A DNA stretch of 64,000 bases from Planctomycetales bacterium (GTDB lineage Bacteria > 4484-113): assembly GCA_037441675.1 (NCBI GenBank), contig JBBIRS010000001.1, positions 128,001 to 192,000 on the forward strand. Reading direction: 5' to 3'. The notes below the pieces were generated by a model. The model worked only from the letters and a program-made list of their open reading frames with translations. It made no database searches and had not been told where the DNA came from. Shown piece by piece: positions 37,448 through 48,296 of the stretch; the stretch's first letter is position 1, and every line of letters begins with the position of its first letter. The translations under genes and the position numbers were made by a program.

Positions 37448-40400
37448 ATTCTTTTTCGCAATTTCTCAAATAAAGGGATAATTCTCCTGCTCCGCTTCCA
37501 AGTAGTTAAGAGCGAATTCTTAAATGGTTCAGCATCTGCGCTCAGATTGAATTTATCCGAATTATCCTTGCTTTCTAGTATCAGATTAAATGAATTGCCT
37601 CTTCCCATGGGGAACTTTAATGGTGGTTCAACTTTCAAATCCCAGCTAGGGGTTATCTCCAAAGCAACTTTCACAGGCGAAATAACCGCACCCTCATGCT
37701 GAGCATATACCGTTACTTCGTATTTACCGCCGGGTAAGTTAATAGGCTCGGTTCTAAATTTTCCTTCACCAAGATAAGAAAACTTCAGTTTTTGATTTGA
37801 AACTAAAGCATAAACGTTGGGTGTGGGTGGTGGTGTTATTGCTTCTCCATTGGTATATTTCACTAGAACTTCAAAACATCTCTCTCCCTCATCCAAATAT
37901 AGTCTAGTAACTTCTTCCGCTATAATTTCAGCCTCTGAGTATCTTACAACGTTTGCCCCCTCACTTTTAAGTGAGCCAAACCAAAGTTTTTCCTGTAAAT
38001 TTGGTGTTTCATAGTCGTCGTCTTTATCTATTACTGTGATGGGCGATAGCCCCATGCCCTTTCCGATTCTCTCGGAAAGCGCAATCTGAAATGCCTTAGA
38101 GTTATTCGGTAAATACATTCTCTCATATAGAACGTCCCTTTCAGTTCTTTGGGCGATGGTTCCCAACTTTGGGAAGATTCTCAAGAAATCTTCCTTACTT
38201 GTCCTTTCAAGGAGCCACCTGTAAAAGACCAGCTGAGTTCTCCAAGGGAAACTTGCTTCCTTGTTAATCTCCTTTCTTGCAAGTTCAATCATTTCCTCAT
38301 CCGAAAAACCAAGCGAATTAAACGCGCCCGGACGTTCCGAAAGTAGCCTCTCCATGCTCTTAGCCATATCGTCAGAGCTAATAAAGGTATTCTCAAGCCC
38401 AGCCACGTTAAACATAGCATCAATATTGTGCAAGTACTCATGAAGGGCGACCTTACTAATCCCATCCGGATGTGACTTTAAGACCGCTGCCCCGAAATAG
38501 CTAACTTTGCTCGGTTTTGCCATAATTGACACGTCCTCGCCAGGTCCCTCAGCAGCACCTCCGTAAGCCTGCTCAGCGTCTTTCCGTGCATCTCTATCCC
38601 ACGCCCAGAAAGCAATAATGCTATCGTAGTAATCTCTATCAATTCCGCGGATAATTAAGTCATTCTCAACATCACGGGAACTCATCCAGTAGAGCCCACC
38701 ACCAAGTGGCCCGCTATCTTGTGGTGGTAGCCATCTATCTATCTGGAGATAATCCAGTTTTAACGATAGCTTTTCACCTGCTACTTCGTCCATCCACTTT
38801 ATCCACTCCCCTATCTCTTGATGAAAGTTCTCAATATCTTTCTCTTCCATCTTCCAAGTAAAAGTGTTCGTGTAAAGTACCACCAGAACTCTCAGCGTCA
38901 ACACCCCAAGGCTTGGGTTAATTTGCAGAGTATTTTCATCGACGATATTTCCACCAACTCGGATAAATTCAGTTAAGAGTTCTTTCAATTCATTGCTATT
39001 CCAGAATTTGTCATCCTTAAAACTCCTTCTATCTGCTTCTTTAACTCCACTGTCAAAGTAAATGTATGGCACGACTGGACCCTTCACCCCCAAAATAGCT
39101 TCTCTTATATCTTGAATGGTGAATGGCATTCCGATATCCCAAACGGCGATTTGGCGTGGGCTCAGGTTGGAAAAGCGTCTATCGGCATTCAGCGTCTTTC
39201 TAAAAGAGCCATCTTTCGTAAATACCAGAAGCTTAATCCCGCTTAAATGTTTCTTTGGCAGAGCGGTAGCGCCATTAACCATTGTGAGTTCTTCTTCAGG
39301 CAAGTTGATCCTTCTCAATGCTGTCCAGCTAGGAGGAGTACTACCGGGATGTATGTCCAGGTTGATCTTTAAGAAGCCCAGTTCATCTTTACTAACGCTT
39401 AGATCAAACACAGATTCGCCAGCCCTGAGATTTCTTATCCTATAGGAGGCCCACTTTTGCGGAAGTCTTGGCATTAACCTCCATTCGCCTCTCGGTGCGA
39501 AAGTTATACCCGTCAGGTAACGTATTATCGCTTCATAATTTATCCCGCTTTCCCATGGCCGAATTCTATTTATCCTCCCATAAATAGCTACGGGACTTCC
39601 ATCAGGTGAATAAACCTCACACCAGGCGCCCTCCGGCGAAGCTAACCTTTGTATTGCCGCTAAGAATCTTTCTCCCAGTTGATCGTTTAATTCCCCTGCG
39701 GCAGTGAGCCAATAGGCAAGGTTATGTCCCGTACAATACCCCGAAAATGGCGTTGTCCCGGTTCTCCATCTACTCAGAATCTCATCTTTCGCCCAAATGT
39801 AATCTTTCCATTCATCTTCCTCAAGTGGTGAAAGCCAAAGCCAGTATTTTCTCAGACTGACATTTGAAAAGGGTAGAAACCATTTTTCAAGCGATATTGG
39901 GCTAATTGCAGGCGCATATGCATTGTTTTCTAGCCTGTAATTTGTTAGAATTTTAGAAAGCTTATCCGCAAGCTCCGCCGATTCCTTTTGTGTGTCATCA
40001 TCTCCGATTTCGCTTGAAAGCTCAAGAAGCGCAAGAGCGGCTTCTCTATGAATTAGAGTGTTATCTAGACTGTAAAACTCCGTTGGGAGGTAGCCATTAG
40101 GGAAACCAAGTTTGCCACTTTCAGGGCGGTCAAAGGTAGAGTAGAGCGCGCCGTGAGTATATGTTTCGTCGCCATGAAACTTAGCTCCGTAGTTCTCGTC
40201 AAGCGCCATCCCGAATAGATTTCTTTTCAGAAGTGGGAAAGCTCGTCGAATTAGGTCCCTATCCCCTGTATAGCGATAGTACCAATAGTGTTGGAGAACA
40301 ATCCAACTGGGAACTTCCGCAATCTCAACCGCAACTCTAGAAAGGGAAACGTCAGAGGGCTCTTCATTAATGTTTAAGTCAAGTGGAATTAGCATGTGCG

Positions 40401-41451
40401 AAGTGCCAAAATGCCCAACCGCTCTTCTATAATAATCCAGCATTTCCCGAACTTCGGTAAATTTCCCATTTGCCAACAAGCTAAGTATTGGCCCATTGCT
40501 ATCTCTAATCCAAAAGCCATGGTAAGAAACCATTGGAGAAACCGCACCGCTTCTTAGATCCCTCTGAACCTCAATAAGCACTGGGAGATCGTTCATAAGG
40601 TCGTTGAATCTTTCATCAGGTGTTTCAAACTTCACTCTATCCTCGTTCCATCTGCTCCACCACTTCCTAGTCTCTTCTCGCAATTCTTGCGCCTCCATCT
40701 CTCTTATCGGTGGCGCGGTTATTTCCTCATTTAAGAACGAGTAGAAGATGGCAAAGGATAGCTCCTCACCAGGCGATAGTGGTTCACACCACCATCCTCC
40801 CTCCTTTCTCTTTCTTAATTCTGAAGAAGCGGATATAATTAACCTCTTTTCATTTTGCTCAATTACATAACTTGCATCTTCAAGTCGGGAGAAATCCTTA
40901 TTGAGAGAAGGAACGACCGCTACTTTCACTCCCCTCGCAAATCGTCCACCACGCAGAACATATTCTCTAACGATTAATGGTTTAAGTGGTGGAGAACTTG
41001 TCAAGGAGTGTAATTCAACCAGATCGCTAAACTGCTTAACATATACTATCGGGGTTCCTCTTATTCTCTTTATACTCTGTGTCTGCCACTTAATAGAACT
41101 CACTCCATTTATAAGAAATTGGAGTTTCATTTCTCCCCATTCACTCTCAGCCCAATACGCGGGAGTTCCGTCCTGTGAACGAATCTGATAACCCGGACCA
41201 GTATTACCCAAAAGCGTATTGAAATCTTCAGCCACGCCTAAATATGCAAAAACAATGCCATTACCAACCGGGAAGCATCCCTTTTCCCCTAAGTAGGGAT
41301 ACTTCGCATCCTCAATTCTCCATAAAGAGAAATCATCTTCCTGGAGACCAAATGGAATCACATCATTGCTCCTTGCTTGAGGGTTGTATGCAAAACTTAA
41401 CAATAACAAAGTTATGGCTAGCTTTGAAAAAGGCAATATTCTGTTCATCAT
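37432..41451 (-). CDS. Large secreted six-hairpin glycoside hydrolase-like protein (GH15-like) with HExxH and Ig-like domains
   Basis: Signal peptide; YHGFWIRDSN, WYYRYTGD, GAWCEVY, RPWESG in an (alpha/alpha)6-like region; LHEYLH later; sugar operon context. Confidence 0.65.
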   Translation of the reverse strand: MMNRILPFSKLAITLLLLSFAYNPQARSNDVIPFGLQEDDFSLWRIEDAKYPYLGEKGCFPVGNGIVFAYLGVAEDFNTLLGNTGPGYQIRSQDGTPAYWAESEWGEMKLQFLINGVSSIKWQTQSIKRIRGTPIVYVKQFSDLVELHSLTSSPPLKPLIVREYVLRGGRFARGVKVAVVPSLNKDFSRLEDASYVIEQNEKRLIISASSELRKRKEGGWWCEPLSPGEELSFAIFYSFLNEEITAPPIREMEAQELREETRKWWSRWNEDRVKFETPDERFNDLMNDLPVLIEVQRDLRSGAVSPMVSYHGFWIRDSNGPILSLLANGKFTEVREMLDYYRRAVGHFGTSHMLIPLDLNINEEPSDVSLSRVAVEIAEVPSWIVLQHYWYYRYTGDRDLIRRAFPLLKRNLFGMALDENYGAKFHGDETYTHGALYSTFDRPESGKLGFPNGYLPTEFYSLDNTLIHREAALALLELSSEIGDDDTQKESAELADKLSKILTNYRLENNAYAPAISPISLEKWFLPFSNVSLRKYWLWLSPLEEDEWKDYIWAKDEILSRWRTGTTPFSGYCTGHNLAYWLTAAGELNDQLGERFLAAIQRLASPEGAWCEVYSPDGSPVAIYGRINRIRPWESGINYEAIIRYLTGITFAPRGEWRLMPRLPQKWASYRIRNLRAGESVFDLSVSKDELGFLKINLDIHPGSTPPSWTALRRINLPEEELTMVNGATALPKKHLSGIKLLVFTKDGSFRKTLNADRRFSNLSPRQIAVWDIGMPFTIQDIREAILGVKGPVVPYIYFDSGVKEADRRSFKDDKFWNSNELKELLTEFIRVGGNIVDENTLQINPSLGVLTLRVLVVLYTNTFTWKMEEKDIENFHQEIGEWIKWMDEVAGEKLSLKLDYLQIDRWLPPQDSGPLGGGLYWMSSRDVENDLIIRGIDRDYYDSIIAFWAWDRDARKDAEQAYGGAAEGPGEDVSIMAKPSKVSYFGAAVLKSHPDGISKVALHEYLHNIDAMFNVAGLENTFISSDDMAKSMERLLSERPGAFNSLGFSDEEMIELARKEINKEASFPWRTQLVFYRWLLERTSKEDFLRIFPKLGTIAQRTERDVLYERMYLPNNSKAFQIALSERIGKGMGLSPITVIDKDDDYETPNLQEKLWFGSLKSEGANVVRYSEAEIIAEEVTRLYLDEGERCFEVLVKYTNGEAITPPPTPNVYALVSNQKLKFSYLGEGKFRTEPINLPGGKYEVTVYAQHEGAVISPVKVALEITPSWDLKVEPPLKFPMGRGNSFNLILESKDNSDKFNLSADAEPFKNSLLTTWKRSRRIIPLFEKLRKRIWWCK

Positions 41452-42764
41452 TTTCCCCTAAACATTGAGAGTTCAGCATCAATTAACTTAGCTGTTTGTC
41501 TAGCCGCTTCTTCCGGTGTCCCATATCCAAGAATTATGCGTTCGATTAGCTCCTGGAAAAGATCCTCCACGACGTTCCATTCAGATATTCTAGTTCCCCA
41601 TGGTGGGCGTGCATACTTAACCTCGTCAAGGAACTTCCTTTCAATTGGGAACTTTCTTGCCACATCTTCTGCGACGCTTTTCGCAGCAGGAATTGCTAGC
41701 AAAATAGTGGCGCGAACCTTCTGCGCCTCAGCACTAGAAAGAAAAATGGCAAGGCTTACAGCCTCACTTGGGTGCTTGCTTTTTTTAGCCACAGCCCATC
41801 CCGATTCATAGATTGTTGTTACTCTGGATTTATTTCTTGGTAGCCCTACAATACCTATGTTCTCAAGGGAAAATTCCTTTGTCCTGCTAGCCCTTAAGGT
41901 AGGTATCCACCAATGTCCAGATACAACCATTGCCACTTTGCCTGTTTGAAAAATCTCGCCTCCGAGCGCCTGTCTTGTAGTTGGATCAGGAGCAACGTGA
42001 TGTTTAGTGACAAGCTCAGTGTAGAATCTTATTGCTTCAATGCTCTCCTTTGAATCGAGGAAACCAACCGCATAAGTGCCATCCGGGCTCAAAACGTCCC
42101 CGTTATTTTGCCAAAGCCAGAAAATGTTTTGGTACGCGTAAGGCGCTACAAGGCATCCGTATCTATGCTCGCGTGGATTCTCATTTTTGGTGGTAATTGC
42201 CTTTGCACTGCCCAGGAAATCCTGCCAAGTCCATCCATCCTTCGGATACGGCACTTTTGCCTCATCAAAAATCTTCTTGTTGTAGTAAACAACCATTGGA
42301 GTGAAATCTTTCGGTAGTGAGTATACTTTTCCATCTTTTACTCCTATCTGGAATACTTCGCCAAAGTAATCTTCTTCTCTAAAATTCGGATTTTCCTGAA
42401 GGAACGGGCTTAAATCTAGGAGTACATTTGCTTCAACAAATTTCGGGATTATTACACTATCTAAAAGAAGTACATCAGGAGGTTTCCCAGCGGCAAAAGC
42501 GGTAACTAGCTTTTCAAAATAATTATCAGGTATTGATTCTAAACTAACGTCTATTTTTGGATTTTTCTTTTCAAATTCCTCTATAATTATATGTTCTGCT
42601 TTTTGCTCCTCTATTCCTGCCCAGAATACCGCCCTAATCTTAACCTTCTTATCTTCTGATTGAACGCAACTAGCAATAAAAGAAGTTAGCGCTAAGATTA
42701 GTGCAGTAAGAAGAATTCTTGCGAGTGAGCTTAACTCTCCCCCTTTCCAACAGAGATATTTCAC
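41448..42764 (-). CDS. Sugar ABC transporter substrate-binding lipoprotein
   Basis: Lipobox IASC, EFEKKNPKIDV, AGKPPDV, VYYNKKIFDEA, WTWQDF. Confidence 0.93.
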   Translation of the reverse strand: MKYLCWKGGELSSLARILLTALILALTSFIASCVQSEDKKVKIRAVFWAGIEEQKAEHIIIEEFEKKNPKIDVSLESIPDNYFEKLVTAFAAGKPPDVLLLDSVIIPKFVEANVLLDLSPFLQENPNFREEDYFGEVFQIGVKDGKVYSLPKDFTPMVVYYNKKIFDEAKVPYPKDGWTWQDFLGSAKAITTKNENPREHRYGCLVAPYAYQNIFWLWQNNGDVLSPDGTYAVGFLDSKESIEAIRFYTELVTKHHVAPDPTTRQALGGEIFQTGKVAMVVSGHWWIPTLRASRTKEFSLENIGIVGLPRNKSRVTTIYESGWAVAKKSKHPSEAVSLAIFLSSAEAQKVRATILLAIPAAKSVAEDVARKFPIERKFLDEVKYARPPWGTRISEWNVVEDLFQELIERIILGYGTPEEAARQTAKLIDAELSMFRGK

Positions 42765-45007
42765 AGCTCAATTTCCCATCCTGTAAGATTTTTTGAGAAG
42801 AATTCCCGCTTACCATCTATAAAAATCTGAAATCCCTGCCTCGCTCTTCCATCGTTTCTTTTATTCCAAATAATGGTAACTCTTCTTCCCCTAATAATCG
42901 CATTTCGTAAGATTAACCAATTTAAGTCAAAAGGAAATGGATCAATAAGGATTTTTCCCTCGCTCGCGCGAATTCCAGCGACGTACTTGAGTATTAAATC
43001 CACGACCCAAGAGTGCTGGTAATCGTCAATTCCTCGATAGGTGGAGGGTTCACCCGTAAATGGGCTGTAGTGCTCAAAACAGTTCGGTCGTTGAATGTCT
43101 CCATCAAAGAACATCATCTTGATAAATGCCTTAATATATTCCGCTAGTTTCTTTCTATATCTCTTATCAATTTTAGAAGCATACGCTAAAACCTCCGCAA
43201 TATGACTATTTACCATTGGCCACACACGTCCGTTCCATGGGCAATTTGCTCTCTCGCCCTTCCAGTATGCCTTATCTGAAAAGTAAGGGTCATCCACGGG
43301 TGAGGTTGGCGTTTGATACTTTGTTCCAAACTTTTCCTTGTCAAATAAAGAAGCTATAGAGGCTTCAGTCATTTCTTTAGTAGCAATTGTGTCTCCGGAA
43401 GGATAAAAGCCAACCGCGCTAAAATAAGAAGAGCGTTTCTTACTGCTCCATTCAAAATCAAAAAAGAACCTTCTTTCTCCATCCCACAAATATCTGCGAA
43501 CCGCATCTTGAATTCTTAGCGCAATGTTCTCAAAGTTTTCCGCCTTTCTTCTCTGCCCCCTTTTTCTTGTCAAGTATGCAAGTAGTTTTACCAGCCTCCA
43601 TGTGTAGAAAGTTACATCCACGCCTTTCATTCTCAGCAGGTTATCCCAGCCATAGGTGTCAAAACTCTTATCAGCCAAAAAGTATCTACTTGAGAATTCC
43701 TGGCCAGTCTCAAATTGATCCCAAATATCAAATAGATACGACTTTTCCTTGTCTCTCTGGGTAAGATAATACTCAAGACATTTCTCTAATGACACGCGAA
43801 TTAAATTCTCAAAATTAGCGTCAGGGTGATGGTAAATGAATTCTAGAACAGCTCCTCCCCAATCCGTATGGTAGAAGAGCTGGTCTTGAACGTGGCTTAA
43901 GTATATATGCCCAGCAAAATGTCCAGCGGGTGTTTGATGCTTAATATGCGTTAGCACACAGCCTTGCCCAAGTTCTGGGCTTTTTAGCCACTTTACTTCC
44001 CGCAAGTGGCACATTAAACTGTATGTTATAACTCCGCGAAAATAGTCAATCCCCTCTGTTACTATCGGGTAGGGGTAGTTCCTAGTGATACCGCCCGGGA
44101 TCGTATTTAGCCAAATTCCATACCATCTATACCAGTAATATTTAGTGATAAAAGGATTACTGCACTCAAATTGTGGAATCAAATCAAGAAATTCTTCCCA
44201 CCTCTTAGGGAAATTTCCCGCCCTAGATTTTTCCGTAGGAGCCTTTTTGGTCAAACTTCCCCCATTAGCCTCGCTAACCCTAACGGTAGAGATAATGGTT
44301 TTTCTTTTGCCTGAGCCAATAATAATTTTGTAGTGTAACGCTCCGTAGATAATACTTCCGATAAAATTTTTCGCCTCTGCAATGTTATTAAGTTCTCCTA
44401 CTTTTCTTAACGCAACACAAAAGGGTGTTAGTTGAAGGATAGGGATGATTGGGCTAGAGTGTGCGGGCGTTATCTGGTGACTCGTAAGTGGGTAATCTGA
44501 ATAAATCTCTACATAGATGGATTTTGATTTTGGGGTTCTTTCGCAAACAATTTCTTCGAAGGTTAACTTCTCGTCTCTCACTATTATGTTATTGGAGTAG
44601 TTTTCACCTTCTCTCCCCCGCGTTCGCCTAACCGTCCATAAAAGTAGATCAATAACCTTTCTTCTTGAAGTAGTGTTGGTTATATCAATTTGACAAATCA
44701 GTTTGTCCGGAGGCAGGCACTTCCTTCTTAGCTCTATCCTAATTTTCGAAGAAGCGTTATAAAAGTTTATGCATTCGTTCGGGAACCATTCCTTTCTCGT
44801 TAGCTTTAGTTTCAGTTCCTTTCCGTTTTCTAAAAGGCTAATGCAAAGGACATTCTTAATGGGCAAGTTTCCAAAGTGAATCGTGTCCCAGTAGCCAGGG
44901 ATATTTTCATACTCCGGAAAAGGAGGTGCATAAATAAGCATTCCCCCTCCACCCACGTACCACTTATCACTCCTACGAAGCAATTTGGTTGGATTAGTTA
45001 GTGCCAT
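42761..45007 (-). CDS. GH63/MGH1-like glycoside hydrolase
   Basis: ETGQEFSSR, LWDGERRFFFD, WNGRVWPMVN, FEHYSPFTG. Confidence 0.75.
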   Translation of the reverse strand: MALTNPTKLLRRSDKWYVGGGGMLIYAPPFPEYENIPGYWDTIHFGNLPIKNVLCISLLENGKELKLKLTRKEWFPNECINFYNASSKIRIELRRKCLPPDKLICQIDITNTTSRRKVIDLLLWTVRRTRGREGENYSNNIIVRDEKLTFEEIVCERTPKSKSIYVEIYSDYPLTSHQITPAHSSPIIPILQLTPFCVALRKVGELNNIAEAKNFIGSIIYGALHYKIIIGSGKRKTIISTVRVSEANGGSLTKKAPTEKSRAGNFPKRWEEFLDLIPQFECSNPFITKYYWYRWYGIWLNTIPGGITRNYPYPIVTEGIDYFRGVITYSLMCHLREVKWLKSPELGQGCVLTHIKHQTPAGHFAGHIYLSHVQDQLFYHTDWGGAVLEFIYHHPDANFENLIRVSLEKCLEYYLTQRDKEKSYLFDIWDQFETGQEFSSRYFLADKSFDTYGWDNLLRMKGVDVTFYTWRLVKLLAYLTRKRGQRRKAENFENIALRIQDAVRRYLWDGERRFFFDFEWSSKKRSSYFSAVGFYPSGDTIATKEMTEASIASLFDKEKFGTKYQTPTSPVDDPYFSDKAYWKGERANCPWNGRVWPMVNSHIAEVLAYASKIDKRYRKKLAEYIKAFIKMMFFDGDIQRPNCFEHYSPFTGEPSTYRGIDDYQHSWVVDLILKYVAGIRASEGKILIDPFPFDLNWLILRNAIIRGRRVTIIWNKRNDGRARQGFQIFIDGKREFFSKNLTGWEIEL

Positions 45008-47451
45008 TCTACGATAAGCTCGTTCTTAAGTTTTAGTTGAGTCAACGCATAATAAGAAGTCTCATCTTCAGCGCATTTTAATTCGCTTCCATTTGCTTTC
45101 ACCTCTTTCAATTTTCCCCGCTTCCATAAACAGATGCTTATTACCTGTGGTTTCTCTGTTTCAACCCTGATAAGCATTTTCTTACCGAACTCTTCAAGCT
45201 CTATATTCCAAACAGAATCACCAATAAGAAGTCCTTTTAACGATGCCCACTTCATTCCCTTTCCAAGAAGAGGGCAGAAGTTTATTCCACCGAAATTATG
45301 GTTCAAGCCAACAATTCTTCTAACTATGAAATCGTTTACCAGTGCCTGCCAAGAATAATCTGGTGCTCCAATCCCTGATCCGGTCTCAGGATCGTATAAT
45401 TCGCAGGAAGCGGGCTTTCCGTCTTTAATGATGAGTGCTTTTGTCTTCTCCCACAGTTCCATAGCCTCCCGCCAGTAACCGTAGTTGAACAGTCCTTCAA
45501 TAATGAACCAATTCACCTGGAGCCAGACCGTTCCATTCCAACCCCAACCGTGCGGATTGTAATCTCTATCGCTAGTGGCAAGCGTTGGGACAGGAAACTT
45601 CGTATTGAACTCACTTGAAAGGAGGAGTTTTACCAGCTTTTTCGCCTGCTCAGGGCTTGCAAGTCTTGCCCACATTGGGAAGAAAGTTGACCCAGCGATT
45701 TGGGGTCTAACTCTATTCCTGCCATCCCTGTCTAAGTAACAACCCTTTTCATTACTCCATAAACTCTGAATAGCATCAGCAGTAATTCTTGTTCTACGCC
45801 AAAGTTCCCTCGCCAGTCCAATTTTGCCCAACTTTTCCGCAATTAACGCGAGATCTCGCCTATGTCTATACGCGTGAACGGTCATATCCACCGGTTTGAA
45901 TGGAGCAGGATAATGCCTTGTCGCATCATCCCAACCGCTCTCTACGCCATGTCTTCCGATGAATCTACCAAACTTATCAGTTCTTCTCCTCCATATCCAT
46001 TTTTCATAAGATAAAATTTTGGGGAACACCTCTCGCGCAAAGTTCCAATTGTTATGAATATTGGCATATTCAAAAACTGCGCAAGCAATAAGTGGTGTCT
46101 GAGTTATCTCTTCCGATACACCTTCAATCCAATCTCCTCCCGAATAGTATTTGAATTTCGCCAGGTAAAACTTTTTCTCCTCGCAGTAATTGCGAAGAAC
46201 GCCTGGAACGTACCTGATTTTATCTTTGCCAGAAAAGAGCATGCGCATGTCAGAGCCGGAACAGCACGGAATGTATCCATTTGGCGCCCGCATATCAAGC
46301 ACAGCCTTAATAGATTCCTCCACTATGCTTCTATCCTTTAGCCACCTTTCACCCAGCGAATGAAAATAGGTGTCCCATATCCATACTCCCCAGTAAAAAT
46401 ACTTAGAAGGCGAATCAAAAGCGTGTTTAATATGCCTACCCCTCTCACACCTGTTTGCCCTAAGAACGTACCAAACGTAGTACCAAAACTTTTCAGTTGC
46501 AGTATCATCGCATCTAAAATCCGGACAACTTTCCTTAAAGTACTTCTCCCAACTTCTGATATTCCTCATTATGGAGTTGCTCAGGTCAAATTTTTGTGCC
46601 CCTCCTAGCCTTATAACTTTTTTCCCTTCATTCTTTCTTCCCTCCACGTTAACCTCATATCTACTAAATACTGTTATTCTCTTCGTTTTACCCGCTCCAA
46701 TTTTCATCCTCACTCCGCAGTAATAGCAGGGTTTAATATGTTTGTAACTAATTAGCTTTTCCTCCGCGAGCAAGTATCTAGCTCCTACCTGTCCAAGCCT
46801 TATCCTTAAGCTTGCAAGGCATCCAAAATTTTCAATTAAACTTTCCAGATCTCCCTCATCAAGATAGAACCCTGCACTATCAAAGGATTTAGTGAAGGTT
46901 ACCGTTTGTGTAGAAAACGTATCTCGCAACCCCTTGAAAATGTGATATTGTGTAATAATGATTTTTCCCTCTTTAGCGTTAATTTGAACGTACGCTTCGG
47001 GCGGTTTATCCTTTTCGTAATAATCAAAGAAGGGCAATTGGCTTACTTCACCGTGGAAGAAAAGCACCAACCTCATCTCAGTTTTTGTGGTGTTGGTAAT
47101 ACTTATTTCGTCAATTACCGTATCTTTCTGCACCTGCTTATGTTCGGTAATATTTAGTCCTTCAGCGAACCACACAGTTTGGCTATAGTTAGGAAGCCAG
47201 AATCTCTTCCTCTGCTTAAAAACAAGCGGGATATGCAAGTCCTTTTCTTGAAAGATTTTTAGTCCCGCCACGAGTGGACGGTAAGAGGAGAATAGCGCGC
47301 CTATCCTGTTCCAATGAATTACACATCTTATTCCCGCACCACCGCCAAATGAGATTAATGTTGCTCCAGGCTCCGTGAGTGTGGACTTCTTATCATCGCT
47401 TAATATTTCCAGCGCGCGCTTGTTCCTAAGTCCTTTAGATAGATTTTTCAT
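44998..47451 (-). CDS. GH63/MGH1-like (trehalase-like) glycoside hydrolase
   Basis: WGVWIWDTYF, TQTPL, ESGWDDATR, WNGTVWLQVNWFI, ELYDPETGSG...YSW. Confidence 0.82.
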   Translation of the reverse strand: MKNLSKGLRNKRALEILSDDKKSTLTEPGATLISFGGGAGIRCVIHWNRIGALFSSYRPLVAGLKIFQEKDLHIPLVFKQRKRFWLPNYSQTVWFAEGLNITEHKQVQKDTVIDEISITNTTKTEMRLVLFFHGEVSQLPFFDYYEKDKPPEAYVQINAKEGKIIITQYHIFKGLRDTFSTQTVTFTKSFDSAGFYLDEGDLESLIENFGCLASLRIRLGQVGARYLLAEEKLISYKHIKPCYYCGVRMKIGAGKTKRITVFSRYEVNVEGRKNEGKKVIRLGGAQKFDLSNSIMRNIRSWEKYFKESCPDFRCDDTATEKFWYYVWYVLRANRCERGRHIKHAFDSPSKYFYWGVWIWDTYFHSLGERWLKDRSIVEESIKAVLDMRAPNGYIPCCSGSDMRMLFSGKDKIRYVPGVLRNYCEEKKFYLAKFKYYSGGDWIEGVSEEITQTPLIACAVFEYANIHNNWNFAREVFPKILSYEKWIWRRRTDKFGRFIGRHGVESGWDDATRHYPAPFKPVDMTVHAYRHRRDLALIAEKLGKIGLARELWRRTRITADAIQSLWSNEKGCYLDRDGRNRVRPQIAGSTFFPMWARLASPEQAKKLVKLLLSSEFNTKFPVPTLATSDRDYNPHGWGWNGTVWLQVNWFIIEGLFNYGYWREAMELWEKTKALIIKDGKPASCELYDPETGSGIGAPDYSWQALVNDFIVRRIVGLNHNFGGINFCPLLGKGMKWASLKGLLIGDSVWNIELEEFGKKMLIRVETEKPQVISICLWKRGKLKEVKANGSELKCAEDETSYYALTQLKLKNELIVEWH

Positions 47452-48296
47452 CCTTTTATTCCCGTTAATGCTATTCCCCTCGTGAAATACTTTTGTGTTA
47501 ACAAGAACAAGATTATGATAGGCGTTTGAATAATCATACTTCCCGCCATTTGCAGTGGCCAGTTCACAGTATATTGAGACCTAAAAACGGATAATCCTAC
47601 CTCAAGTGTCCGCATATTCATACTGTTTGTCATAAGTAAAGGCCAAAGGAAATCAGTCCATGCACCCATAAAAGTGAATACGCCTAGTACAGCTAGTGCT
47701 GGTCTGGCTAGTGGGAACATAATGTGGCAAAATATCTGCCACTCTGTTGCGCCTTCGCACCGTGCGGCATTTTCTAAATCAATGGGTAAGCTTAAGAAGT
47801 ACTGTCGCATTAAAAATATGCCGTACGCTCCCACCAAGCCGGGCACCGTAAGTCCCAGGTAAGTATCAATCCATCCTAGCTTAGCCATAAGGACAAATAC
47901 AGGTATCATCGTTACTTGTCCTGGAATCATCATACTTGCGAGGAAAAGCCAAAAGATTAGCTCCCAACCCGAAAACTTCAGTCTGGCAAAGGCGTAGCCA
48001 GCCATTGAACAGAGGAGCAGGTTGCCCACTGTCACCACCGATGAGACAATAAATGTGTTAAGAAAAAATCTGCCAAATGGAACCGCCTTCACCACCTCTA
48101 GGTAGTTTCCCCAGTGCCACACAGATGGGAAAAAATCAGGAGGAAATGTAAATACTTCTTCGGGTAACTTGAAACTAGTCACAAACATCCACCAGAAAGG
48201 CAAAACCATCAGAATTCCACCAAAAACGAGGACAATGTAACATAGTGCTTTGCTAATCAATCTTCCGACTTGAACCTCAACAGGCAAGTTGGGCAA
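47448..48296 (-). CDS. Carbohydrate ABC permease (MalG-like)
   Basis: MAGYAFARLKF, EAA loop LENAARCEGA, WTDFLWPL. Confidence 0.94.
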   Translation of the reverse strand: MPNLPVEVQVGRLISKALCYIVLVFGGILMVLPFWWMFVTSFKLPEEVFTFPPDFFPSVWHWGNYLEVVKAVPFGRFFLNTFIVSSVVTVGNLLLCSMAGYAFARLKFSGWELIFWLFLASMMIPGQVTMIPVFVLMAKLGWIDTYLGLTVPGLVGAYGIFLMRQYFLSLPIDLENAARCEGATEWQIFCHIMFPLARPALAVLGVFTFMGAWTDFLWPLLMTNSMNMRTLEVGLSVFRSQYTVNWPLQMAGSMIIQTPIIILFLLTQKYFTRGIALTGIKG

